DNA of 64,000 nucleotides, taken from NCBI GenBank assembly GCA_034520885.1, contig JAXHNE010000005.1:13748-77747 (forward strand). The letters run 5' to 3'. The position numbers and the translations under genes are program-made. The notes under the pieces were generated by a model. It was not told where the DNA came from. It did no database searches and saw nothing but the letters and a program-made list of their open reading frames with translations. The DNA is from Candidatus Saccharimonadota bacterium (GTDB lineage Bacteria; Patescibacteriota; Saccharimonadia; Saccharimonadales; JAXHNE01). This document shows, piece after piece, positions 18,548 through 26,898 of this stretch. The stretch's first letter is position 1, and the number at the start of each line of letters is the position of its first letter.

Positions 18548-18802
18548 GTAAAACTAAACTCCACGTTTCAAATATCAATTTCCAGGGAATGGCTAAACAT
18601 TAACGTTTTCCCTGTCAATTTTACTTGTGATCGACCGTAATATCAAAACTATCCGATGACTTTCATTCATAAAAACCTCCGGATCGTAAGGAACTGATCG
18701 CACATTGGAGTTTGTGATTTGAGATTTAAGTTCTTCACGCCACCCTAAAAAGGTTATTCTTATATGCGGTTAATTATAGAGGAATTTTGTGCTTTGCACA
18801 AA

Positions 18803-19287
18803 ATAGCTGAAAGCTAAATGCTAAGAGCTCAAAGCTGCGCAATTTCCAATTTCCAATTTCTAATTTTCATTCAATTCTCAACCGCCATTTTTTAAACTAG
18901 TGGTAATTTTTTGGAAGATTAATACCAACTCATGAACTTCTTGCCATAATGATCGTAAATCAGCTTTTTTCGAAGGCGTTGCGGTACTAAGCATACGGAG
19001 CCAATGCTGTGTTTCTTGAGCCTCTTTTTTACAGATATGAATTTTATTACGGAAATCTTTTTTAGAGCTGGCCCCGTTCGCTTCCATATAGTTTGCTCCA
19101 ATGCTTGTCGAGGAACGAACCAACTGATTAATCAAAGGCTTGTTTATATTATTTTGTTTAATAACTTTACAGAGCTTAATTACATCTTCCCCAAACCTTG
19201 ATGTTCTTTCCTCTAAATCAAATTTATTGTCTTTTTGAGCCATTGAAGATTGATTGTAAATTGTAAAATTGAAAACTAAAAATTAAC
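18803..19287 (-). mobile_element. Putative heptamer-armed cassette 4 carrying a four-helix-bundle gene
   Basis: The left flank begins with agctgaa agctaaa tgctaag agctcaa agctgcg, then caatttc caatttc caatttc taatttt cattcaa. The right flank (19244-19287) reads ttgaaga ttgattg taaattg taaaatt gaaaact, whose reverse complement gives the caattt-type words. Confidence 0.55.
18878..19243 (-). CDS. Four-helix-bundle protein (23S rRNA IVS protein / Avd-like family), subtype B
   Basis: 121 aa. Motifs KFDLEERTSRFGEDV and QLVRSSTSIGANYMEANGASSKKDFRNKIHICKKEAQET. Confidence 0.85.
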   Translation of the reverse strand: MAQKDNKFDLEERTSRFGEDVIKLCKVIKQNNINKPLINQLVRSSTSIGANYMEANGASSKKDFRNKIHICKKEAQETQHWLRMLSTATPSKKADLRSLWQEVHELVLIFQKITTSLKNGG

Positions 19288-19345
19288 TTCTTGAATGATT
19301 CGATAGGCATACTGACAGCATAACGTATCAGCATTCAGCTGGTGG

Positions 19346-20464
19346 TCAGTGCAAACTGACCACGACTTCGTCGGGGTGGTCGTCGTCCTTGTTTTTGTTG
19401 GCTTGGCGGGCAATGGTTTCCACGTTCAGGTCGTTGTTATTGGCCAGTTGGGTGACTGACGGATCGGGTTTTTTCGGTTCCGGCTTGGCGGGTTCTTTTT
19501 GGTTCGTTGGTTGTTGATGAGGGGTGGATGGTGCCGCGTCTTTTTGCTTTTTTTGTTCGGAAAGCGGGAGCACGGTTTTTTGGTGCGTGGTGTAGGTGGA
19601 CTTTTTAGCTTGGGAGTCGTGAATTTTATTAAGTAAAGCTTCTTCATCGGCCTTGGAGAGGTTTTGCTCGCCCGGCTCCGGTTTGTCGTCAGTGTGCGGC
19701 GCAACGGTGGTGCCCTGCCCGGTTGCCATACCGGGTGGCGTTTTGCTAGGGTCGTTTTGGTGCATGAACCAAAAATCTTGCGGCGTTTGTTGGTTTTGCT
19801 GATTTTCTTGCGGGGCGGCTTGTGGGTGCGACATTCGTTGTTTTATCTGGTCTTTATGCGTGGCTTCGGATTGGGTAATCATTTTATCGATGTTTTTGGC
19901 GGTGGGATTGTTGTTTTCATCGAGCACGTCTTCTTTTACCCCAACATCGGTGGCAATTTGGGTGCCTACGGTTTCCGTTCCGGCGACCAACCGGTCGGAA
20001 TTGTCCACTTGTTGGCCGCCAAATGGCGAACCGCCCAATTGTTTTACCGCCCAGCCGCGGCTATCCACGGTTTGCGCCAGGGCGGAAAGCCGGCTGCGGA
20101 CTTGGGTTTGATCCAGTTCATCGGTAAGGTGCCGTTCCACTTTTTTCGGAACCGTAATAGTAACCAGTTCTTTTATGCCGGCTTGATCCCAAATGCGCTT
20201 ACGCGGCTTAAAGAAAAAGCGGATTTTTGCCAGCAACCATGTTTCCGTGGGTTGCGCTTTGCTCCACGGGAACCCGAGTACCCCGAAAAACACGGCCGGC
20301 GGTAGCAAAAATATCGCAAAAAATGCCGCCCCTTGAGTGAAAGTAAAAAAAATGAGGTACAAACACACGGCGGTAATTGCAAAGTAAATAAATTGCTTGA
20401 GCGTGAGCGGCCCGATGAGTTTGTCCTCGGCCTCGATATCTTGGATCACTTTGTGCTGCGCCAT
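19346..20464 (-). CDS. PrgI/VirB3-like T4SS membrane protein with a long disordered C-terminal extension
   Basis: The N-terminus VIQDIEAEDKLIGPLTLKQFIYFAITAVCLYLIFF followed by two TM helices is the PrgI-family pattern. The C-terminal ~200 aa are Q/P/K-rich. Confidence 0.7.
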   Translation of the reverse strand: MAQHKVIQDIEAEDKLIGPLTLKQFIYFAITAVCLYLIFFTFTQGAAFFAIFLLPPAVFFGVLGFPWSKAQPTETWLLAKIRFFFKPRKRIWDQAGIKELVTITVPKKVERHLTDELDQTQVRSRLSALAQTVDSRGWAVKQLGGSPFGGQQVDNSDRLVAGTETVGTQIATDVGVKEDVLDENNNPTAKNIDKMITQSEATHKDQIKQRMSHPQAAPQENQQNQQTPQDFWFMHQNDPSKTPPGMATGQGTTVAPHTDDKPEPGEQNLSKADEEALLNKIHDSQAKKSTYTTHQKTVLPLSEQKKQKDAAPSTPHQQPTNQKEPAKPEPKKPDPSVTQLANNNDLNVETIARQANKNKDDDHPDEVVVSLH

Positions 20465-20475
20465 CTATTTAAACC

Positions 20476-22644
20476 CTAACCTGTTCCAAATGGATTTTCT
20501 GGAGGTTCTTCTTCGCTTCGAAGCATTTCTTCTCTTTCTGCTTGTGTCACCCCCCCCCTGCTTAGCTTTCTCTCGACAGCATCCCTAACTGCGTTTTCAT
20601 CCGCTGGTTCAGCACCTGGCAGCAGCCCATTTTCTTGTTGTAATTTTACTCTCTCTGAATCAGTTAAGATACTTCGAATTTCTGCCTTGATGGCTGGATT
20701 GGTATATGCGTGGTAAGCCTGTTGTAGGGTTGACTCGATATCTTTAACTGCGTCTGCATTAACAGGTTTGCCATCAATATCGCCTCCACTGAGCGCCTTG
20801 GTGAAGGTTTTGTGGTATTTTTTGAGCATAGGTTCTTTCGCTCCTCCAATATCCTGAACGCTCATGCCTTGAATACGCTTAAGTTCTTGTGTTGCAGTAC
20901 CTGCACGGAAATTGCCATCTTCATCAACCCCAACACTATAGCCGGGTTTGGTGAGCGCTCCAGCTCGCGCTCCAGCAAGCTCTGCCTGGGTTTTGTACAT
21001 TGAACCAACACCACTCAAACCTTCCTGATCCAGGAGGTTTCCGACTTTGGCTACGTCTTCATTATCTGCAAAACCTTGCGACGCAAGAGCGAGTCCTGCG
21101 GCGCCCGTCACACTAGCACGTCCGTACTCGTCATTTCGAGAGACCGTAGTGAGATATGCACCGTTTTCCTCTAATTGTTTAGCCCCAAGTGCCATATTGT
21201 CATCGACTGAACCATCTGGTTTTCTGTAAGCTTTCATGTCCCGGACGACTCTATCCATGTCAGATGCAGAACCATTCCATCCCCTGATAAGTTCATTCCC
21301 GTCGTCGTCGAAGACACCTGTGCTGAGTGCTTTTAGTGCTCTGTCGTTCATTCCGACCTTACTGATGCTTTCGCCAAGTTTTTGCGTATCCTCCCACTTC
21401 GACTGAGCCAGTTCATTCAAAAGAGCTTTTCCACCCCTACTGCCAGAATAAATTTTGGCAGCACTCTTTGGATCCATTATGGCGCTAGCCCCAGAATTCA
21501 ATTTGTCAACCGCCCATCTACCCCGGGATCCTTTGGCGAACCTGTTTGGGTTTATTGCCCGGCTGGAAGACCAGCGTTCTCGTTTTTCGGCTCGTTTTTT
21601 GCGTTGGTGGTCGAAGATTCCGCGTGATTTTTCGTTGAGTGCTCCGGTGACCGTGGCGAACATCCCGCCAGCAACCTTAAAAGTGAATGGAATAAAGGCG
21701 TACGGAATTAAATAGGCAATAAAACCAAAGATATAATCCGCTATCGCGGCTTGGTCAGTAACTTCGCTACCGACGAATAGGTAAGCAAAAACCCTTCCCA
21801 TGGCAATCAAACCCATAATAAGCGGATACATAAATAAAAGCTTACTGAACAAACTCCACCAGTTGTTCCATAACTTGTCGTTACCGGGGAATATCCAAGC
21901 GAGAATCGCCAAGGGCGCAATTAGTAGTAGCATTACAATAAAAAGTTGCCTTATTATGAGAATCAGGAAGGCTATCGCAGCAACCGTTAGAAGCGTAGTC
22001 CCAAAAAAAGCGATAACAATGATCCCGCCAAGACCTAACAAGACCCAGTCGAGACCAGGTATACCAATCGAGAAAACATTCCGAAAACTTAATGCTTCAA
22101 AGCCACCAAATGGGCTCGTGATAAGACCGCCAACACCCCTGCCGGCCGCCTCTACGACATCAATGAAAAACGTTAGTAGTGGGTAAGATACCGCAATAAA
22201 TATGACCGCTATCACAAGACGCGGCAAGGCCTTTTTAACCGTATAGGCGCTTATGAAATCAAAACCGAGTGCGGTAGAGATGACCATGACGAGCATAATC
22301 GGCACCAAGATACTGAAAGCGATGCTTCGTATGTTACTGGCAGCATCGGCGAGGCGATCTTCTTCCGCGAAGTCGTTGTCAACTTCGAGCAAGTTTGCGA
22401 TTTGTCCGTCTAGCCACCTTACACTGGCATCGATAGCTGTCATGGCTGGGCACATGAACCATCCAAAGTCGCCGCCATGAGCTTCACAGTTGCCGCCGTC
22501 ATCCTCGTTCTCGGTTTCATTTTCCTGAGAAGCAGAATTGGAAGGTTGGGTACTGTCTGACTGGGCAAATGTAGCAGGAGCCGGCAAGAATAACCCGGTA
22601 GATACTATTCCCACAAAAAGAAGGGTCAAAAATTTTTTCGCCAT
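20476..22644 (-). CDS. VirB6/TrbL/ConG-like polytopic T4SS channel protein
   Basis: 722 aa. Signal peptide (LFLPAPATFAQS), about 6-8 TM helices in the central third, and a large soluble C-terminal domain. Position and topology are typical of VirB6-like proteins in Gram-positive-type systems. Confidence 0.7.
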   Translation of the reverse strand: MAKKFLTLLFVGIVSTGLFLPAPATFAQSDSTQPSNSASQENETENEDDGGNCEAHGGDFGWFMCPAMTAIDASVRWLDGQIANLLEVDNDFAEEDRLADAASNIRSIAFSILVPIMLVMVISTALGFDFISAYTVKKALPRLVIAVIFIAVSYPLLTFFIDVVEAAGRGVGGLITSPFGGFEALSFRNVFSIGIPGLDWVLLGLGGIIVIAFFGTTLLTVAAIAFLILIIRQLFIVMLLLIAPLAILAWIFPGNDKLWNNWWSLFSKLLFMYPLIMGLIAMGRVFAYLFVGSEVTDQAAIADYIFGFIAYLIPYAFIPFTFKVAGGMFATVTGALNEKSRGIFDHQRKKRAEKRERWSSSRAINPNRFAKGSRGRWAVDKLNSGASAIMDPKSAAKIYSGSRGGKALLNELAQSKWEDTQKLGESISKVGMNDRALKALSTGVFDDDGNELIRGWNGSASDMDRVVRDMKAYRKPDGSVDDNMALGAKQLEENGAYLTTVSRNDEYGRASVTGAAGLALASQGFADNEDVAKVGNLLDQEGLSGVGSMYKTQAELAGARAGALTKPGYSVGVDEDGNFRAGTATQELKRIQGMSVQDIGGAKEPMLKKYHKTFTKALSGGDIDGKPVNADAVKDIESTLQQAYHAYTNPAIKAEIRSILTDSERVKLQQENGLLPGAEPADENAVRDAVERKLSRGGVTQAEREEMLRSEEEPPENPFGTG

Positions 22645-22695
22645 TACAAGAATATTAACATAACGGGTATGCGTTCACACCAAATTTATAAAGTG

Positions 22696-23652
22696 TTAGC
22701 CGAAGTAAACCTCGCCGGGCTCTATCGATTTTATGGAGTAAAGACTCCAAACTTGAGTTGCCTGGTCGTCGCTTACGCTCAGATCCTCACTCCGCATATA
22801 GCCAACTTCGTACTTCCAGTGTTGATAGTCTTCTCCTTCGTTAGAAGTTTCTTTTACGATCACCTCAACCTCGCCTACTTCTTCAGTGCTTGAATCTATC
22901 ACTTCGTAAGTACTTGAGGAAACATAACCTGGATTATCTTGGCGGTAGCTCCACATACCAGTGAATGACTCCTGAAGTGAATTGGTTAAATCGCCCGATC
23001 CACCACCAACCACAAAATCAAGGCATCTTAAGCCGTCCCCGTACTCACCAGCGTTAAACATACAATTTAGGTTATGCTCCGTAATGGCAACGAGTTCTTC
23101 GGGGCTATCTACGTCCCAGTATTGCACTTTCGGGGTGAGTTCTTCCGGCAGCTCTTCAACGGGGGTTTCATCCGTTTCGATGGGCGCAGTCACGGGGGCT
23201 GATCCGGGTACTTCTTCATCGGCTACTGCCTCTTGTGTATTGTTGCTCGGCTCGTCTTCGTTCCCGCCAGAAATTGCTGCAAGAAATGCAACGCCGGCTA
23301 ACATTACCCCGCCGGCAACGGCAATGAATTTCCTGGAAATTATGTTCCGTGAAGGGTTTTGTTCGTCGGTTTCGGGTTCTGAATGGGGCGTGTTTTCCGG
23401 ATGCTCCGGGCTCAGTTCGGCGGTGGGTCGTTCGAAGTCCTTCCGTACGTTTTCCGGGAGCGTACCCGGATCTTGTATATCGCCGGGACTGATAAGACCC
23501 GCATCTATGGCTTCTTGGAGACTCATATCGCCAAAATCACCCGTTGGGTGATCTTCCCGCATTTCAGGAGGGACACTATCTGCTCCCGAGTGTGAAAATT
23601 TTGACTCGCTTTCAACTCCTGAAGCTTGCTCTGGATTGGATGGATCTACCAT
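22696..23652 (-). CDS. Bitopic membrane protein, first gene of the T4SS-like operon (possible VirB8-like role)
   Basis: 318 aa. Acidic disordered N-terminus, one TM segment (FIAVAGGVMLAGVAFLAAISGG) and an exported ~130-aa globular C-terminus. The VirB8-like assignment rests on topology and position only. Confidence 0.45.
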   Translation of the reverse strand: MVDPSNPEQASGVESESKFSHSGADSVPPEMREDHPTGDFGDMSLQEAIDAGLISPGDIQDPGTLPENVRKDFERPTAELSPEHPENTPHSEPETDEQNPSRNIISRKFIAVAGGVMLAGVAFLAAISGGNEDEPSNNTQEAVADEEVPGSAPVTAPIETDETPVEELPEELTPKVQYWDVDSPEELVAITEHNLNCMFNAGEYGDGLRCLDFVVGGGSGDLTNSLQESFTGMWSYRQDNPGYVSSSTYEVIDSSTEEVGEVEVIVKETSNEGEDYQHWKYEVGYMRSEDLSVSDDQATQVWSLYSIKSIEPGEVYFG

Positions 23653-23710
23653 TATGACCTCTCAATTGGTAATTATAGTATACCATAATTAGCATACCTT
23701 GTGCTACAAG

Positions 23711-23739
23711 TTGCGCAATGTTTCTGATAGAGGTACAAT
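23711..23739 (+). promoter_or_regulatory. Candidate sigma70-type promoter of the pilin array
   Basis: TTGCGC (23711-23716), a 17-nt spacer, then TACAAT (23734-23739). The ATG at 23750 follows 10 nt later with no Shine-Dalgarno sequence, so the mRNA would be nearly leaderless. Confidence 0.35.
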
Positions 23740-23749
23740 ATTTCCAACC

Positions 23750-24604
23750 ATGAAAGTTAAAAACAAAAAAGTCCTATTCATAACGCTACAGTTTTTGTCC
23801 ATTCTGGGCTTGTTTTTTGTTATTACAGTTCCGAAGGCAAATGCTGCTTTCACGAAAGAAAGAGCGCACCAGGAATACTATGTATGCGATAGCCCGTCAT
23901 ATGTAGAAAATCACCTCCAACGGGACAGTGAGGAAAAGTTCATAAGTGTTGAAAGGCACGATTCTTCCACCGGAGAAAGCACCGTTCATCTTTCATGCCA
24001 TTCAAGTGCCGACCTGATTAAGGTTCAAAGCGGTAGCACTATGCATGATACTTCCCGGTTTGCTGCTTTGTTTACGTGTGGTAGTGGTGAAAATCCGGGT
24101 ACGCTTACTTTTGACGAAGAAAAGATAGCCCCGTCCTCGGGAGCGAAGTACGTAACAGTTAAGTGCAGTAATGGTGATAACTTTGACTACGAGTTAAGTG
24201 GAGCCTATGGCGGGTGTTCGTCTCGGCGAGCCGAAGATTCATGTGATAATCCAACAATAACCAAGGAGCGCGACAACTTTGCCGACACTCTTGAAGAGAA
24301 CGCCAGCCGTGGCGAAAACGCCGAAGCTGTCGAGATAGCATCTGATTGTGAAGAAGGAATAGATCCGGATAATTGTAAAATTACCGACTACCTAAGAACG
24401 TTCACGAACGTACTAATCGCGTTGGTCGGTATAGTAGTGGTTATCATGGTCGTAGTCGGCGGCATTCAATACTCCGCGGCTCGTGACAATCCGCAGGCCG
24501 TACAGGCCGCCAAAGGGCGAATTGCGAATGCGGTGTTGGCGCTAATTGTCTATATATTCATGTCAGCCTTCTTGCAATATATAATTCCCGGAGGAGTCTT
24601 ATGA
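23750..24604 (+). CDS. VirB2/TrbC-like pilin-domain protein 1 with a large Cys-rich N-terminal domain
   Basis: The start is set at ATG 23750 (MKVKNKKVLFITLQFLSILGLFFVITVPKANA, a signal peptide). C-terminal module ...LIALVGIVVVIMVVVGGIQYSAARDNPQAVQAAKGRIANAVLALIVYIF..., i.e. two hydrophobic helices with a polar loop, shared with the next five genes. Confidence 0.75.
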   Translation: MKVKNKKVLFITLQFLSILGLFFVITVPKANAAFTKERAHQEYYVCDSPSYVENHLQRDSEEKFISVERHDSSTGESTVHLSCHSSADLIKVQSGSTMHDTSRFAALFTCGSGENPGTLTFDEEKIAPSSGAKYVTVKCSNGDNFDYELSGAYGGCSSRRAEDSCDNPTITKERDNFADTLEENASRGENAEAVEIASDCEEGIDPDNCKITDYLRTFTNVLIALVGIVVVIMVVVGGIQYSAARDNPQAVQAAKGRIANAVLALIVYIFMSAFLQYIIPGGVL

Positions 24605-25191
24605 TCGGGAGAGTGCTCGATTTTGCCGGTACCTTCAAGGTATATTTGGTCGTGGTTCTTGCTCTGGTTTTTGTTTTATTGTTCCTGGCTCCCAGTGCGA
24701 CTGCTGACCACGGGTTAACCAAAGCCGAATGTAGTGCGCGGGCGAGTAATTTTACCTCCGAAGAGTTCCGTGAATGTAACGAACACGCTGAAAGTGACCC
24801 AGGGGGTCTTGGAACGGCGGGAGGTCGATACGGACAAGGCAGCCCTGAACACTGTACTAGGGAGTCGTCAACTTTTCTGAACTTCCCCACTTGGTATAAA
24901 TATCTTGATCCAACTTTTACGGACGGTGAGTGTAAGCTTGACCTTGATTTTGAAGAGACTTCTACCTACACTGCGATATTCTTTGCAATTTTAGAGATTA
25001 TTCTACGGATTGCCGGTCTAGTGGCGGTTATTTTCGTAATTGTCGGGGGCTTTACGTTTATTACCAGTGACGGCCAACCGGAAAAAGCTAAAAATGCCCG
25101 CTGGACGATATTGAACGCATTAATTGGACTGGCCATTGCTTTGTCGGCGACAGTTTTGGTTAACTTTATTGGGAATAATCTGGGAATATAA
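24601..25191 (+). CDS. VirB2/TrbC-like pilin-domain protein 2
   Basis: ATGA overlap with the previous gene. Signal peptide. C-terminal module AGLVAVIFVIVGGFTFITSDGQPEKAKNARWTILNALIGLAIAL. Confidence 0.75.
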   Translation: MIGRVLDFAGTFKVYLVVVLALVFVLLFLAPSATADHGLTKAECSARASNFTSEEFRECNEHAESDPGGLGTAGGRYGQGSPEHCTRESSTFLNFPTWYKYLDPTFTDGECKLDLDFEETSTYTAIFFAILEIILRIAGLVAVIFVIVGGFTFITSDGQPEKAKNARWTILNALIGLAIALSATVLVNFIGNNLGI

Positions 25192-25196
25192 TTTCT

Positions 25197-25496
25197 ATGC
25201 TTTTACCGTTTCGTTTTTTTGCCCAACAAGTATTAGAGCGGGATGACCTTCCGGGTCTTCCGAATGTTGATCTTGCGCCGAGCTCGATACAAGACGCCAT
25301 TTCTTTGGTCGCAACGATTCTCGGCTTCATTTCGGTGATAGTGATCATTATTGCGTCAATTAAATTCGCCCTTTCCCAGGGCGAATCACAAAAAGTAGCT
25401 AATGCAAAAAACACGATTATTTATGCCTTGATTGGTTTGGTCGTGAGTCTTTTGGCCTACTCCATTGTGAACTTTGTGATTGGCGAGGTTACTTAA
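25197..25496 (+). CDS. VirB2/TrbC-like pilin 3
   Basis: 99 aa. Module ILGFISVIVIIIASIKFALSQGESQKVANAKNTIIYALIGLVVSLLAYSIVNFV. Confidence 0.7.
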   Translation: MLLPFRFFAQQVLERDDLPGLPNVDLAPSSIQDAISLVATILGFISVIVIIIASIKFALSQGESQKVANAKNTIIYALIGLVVSLLAYSIVNFVIGEVT

Positions 25497-25498
25497 CC

Positions 25499-25876
25499 AT
25501 GCGCAGACTGGCTGCTATCTTAATTGTTTTGTTCTCGTTCGCCAGTATTGGATTGTTTTCCGGTGATGTTGTGTCCGCACAAGTACTCAATCCTGCCTGT
25601 GAGGGAGTTGACCCATTACCTCCGGCATGCAGCGAAACGGATAATGATCCTTTTCGGGGCGGGTCACTGCTCTCCGATGTAGTAAGGCTATTTTCCTATG
25701 CACTCGGAGTTATCGTAGTAATCATGGTCATCATTGCCGGTATTAAATTTGCGACTTCGGGGGGAGACGCCTCAAGCGTTAAAAGCGCTCGTGACACATT
25801 GCTGTATGCGGTTCTTGCCCTGGCCATTGCGGCTATTGCCCAGTTGATTTTAATTTTCGTAATAGATAAAGTATAA
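25499..25876 (+). CDS. VirB2/TrbC-like pilin 4
   Basis: 125 aa. Signal peptide, then ALGVIVVIMVIIAGIKFATSGGDASSVKSARDTLLYAVLALAIAAIAQLI. Confidence 0.75.
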   Translation: MRRLAAILIVLFSFASIGLFSGDVVSAQVLNPACEGVDPLPPACSETDNDPFRGGSLLSDVVRLFSYALGVIVVIMVIIAGIKFATSGGDASSVKSARDTLLYAVLALAIAAIAQLILIFVIDKV

Positions 25877-25893
25877 GAAGAAAGGATAGTTAT

Positions 25894-26280
25894 ATGAAAA
25901 AACAAATTTTAAAATTCTGTGCGGTATTGGCTCTGGCACTTGGTTTAGTGATGCCGGCTGCAGTTTCCGTACCCGCGTACGCTCAAACTACGGATGATGT
26001 CCAAAGAGGTGTTGATTTCACTTGTCCCGGCGGTAACTGTGGCGGGAATGCCGAAACCGAAGTCGGTAATATTATCTCTACGGTCATAAACGTGCTAAGT
26101 ATTGTAGTGGGAGTGGTCGCCGTGATTATGGTAATCATCGGTGGCTTAAAATACATCATTTCCTCGGGCGACTCCGGTAATGTTCAATCGGCCAAGAACA
26201 CTATTCTCTACGCCATTGTCGGCCTTGTCATCGTCGCCTTCGCGCAAATCATCGTTCGTTTTGTATTGGATCAAGTCTAG
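25894..26280 (+). CDS. VirB2/TrbC-like pilin 5
   Basis: 128 aa. Signal peptide ending AYAQ, then VVGVVAVIMVIIGGLKYIISSGDSGNVQSAKNTILYAIVGLVIVAFAQIIVRFV. Confidence 0.8.
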   Translation: MKKQILKFCAVLALALGLVMPAAVSVPAYAQTTDDVQRGVDFTCPGGNCGGNAETEVGNIISTVINVLSIVVGVVAVIMVIIGGLKYIISSGDSGNVQSAKNTILYAIVGLVIVAFAQIIVRFVLDQV

Positions 26281-26346
26281 TAGATTTAATTACGGCTTGA
26301 TGTATGGTATAAATGAGTCATCAACAAAAGGACTAAAGGAATACTC

Positions 26347-26766
26347 ATGAAGAAAAAAATACGAATGTTACTGACAAGTTTCGCGCTCACATTCGGCTTG
26401 GTTGGCGCTTTCGCCTTTACCGGACCGGCTACTGTTTCCGCGCAGATTGAAGGATGTGAAGAAGGTATCAGTGGCGGTTTGGACTGCGGCTCCGCTAGTA
26501 CTGACGAAGAAGGTGCCGATGCAAATGCCAGTGAACGGGTCGACAGTATTATTAAGACGGTCATTAACGTCTTCTCCATCGTGGTCGGCGTGGTCTCCGT
26601 GGTGATGATCATTATCGGCGGCCTGAAGTACATTACCTCCGGCGGAGATTCCGGCAATGTGACCGGTGCCAAGAACACCATTCTCTACGCTATCATTGGT
26701 CTCGTGGTCGTTGCCCTGGCGCAAATCATCGTCCGGTTCGTACTGGAACGTGCGACCGGCGCTTAA
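26347..26766 (+). CDS. VirB2/TrbC-like pilin 6
   Basis: 139 aa. Signal peptide, then VVGVVSVVMIIIGGLKYITSGGDSGNVTGAKNTILYAIIGLVVVALAQIIVRFV. This is the closest paralog of pilin 5. Confidence 0.8.
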   Translation: MKKKIRMLLTSFALTFGLVGAFAFTGPATVSAQIEGCEEGISGGLDCGSASTDEEGADANASERVDSIIKTVINVFSIVVGVVSVVMIIIGGLKYITSGGDSGNVTGAKNTILYAIIGLVVVALAQIIVRFVLERATGA

Positions 26767-26787
26767 ACGAAGACCCCGGTATTTTAA

Positions 26788-26815
26788 ACACCCTGCTTCA
26801 TGGCAGGGTGTTTTT
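26788..26815 (+). terminator. Rho-independent terminator after the pilin array
   Basis: Stem acaccctgc / gcagggtgt with a 6-nt loop, followed by TTTT. Confidence 0.7.
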
Positions 26816-26844
26816 AGTTGAAGGCAACGTAACGCATGGGTAAT

Positions 26845-26872
26845 AAAAAAGACCTCCTTTTTAGCGGAGGCC
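26845..26872 (-). terminator. Rho-independent terminator after hsp20
   Basis: On the minus strand: ggcctcc-gctaaaaa-ggaggtc followed by TTTTTT. Confidence 0.6.
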
Positions 26873-26898
26873 TTTCGTTTTCCCGTTGGGGTTTAGGT

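Noticed and set aside
8040-19290. Possibility that the Avd-like four-helix-bundle genes mark diversity-generating retroelements (DGRs).
   Set aside because: No reverse transcriptase ORF and no template/variable repeat pair (adenine-specific mismatches) could be found anywhere in the window. The flanks are heptamer tracts instead.
19342-19363. 9-bp hairpin (gtggtcagt gcaa actgaccac) covering the stop codon of the PrgI-like gene, considered as a terminator.
   Set aside because: No T-run follows on the coding strand. It may be fortuitous or a weak RNA structure.
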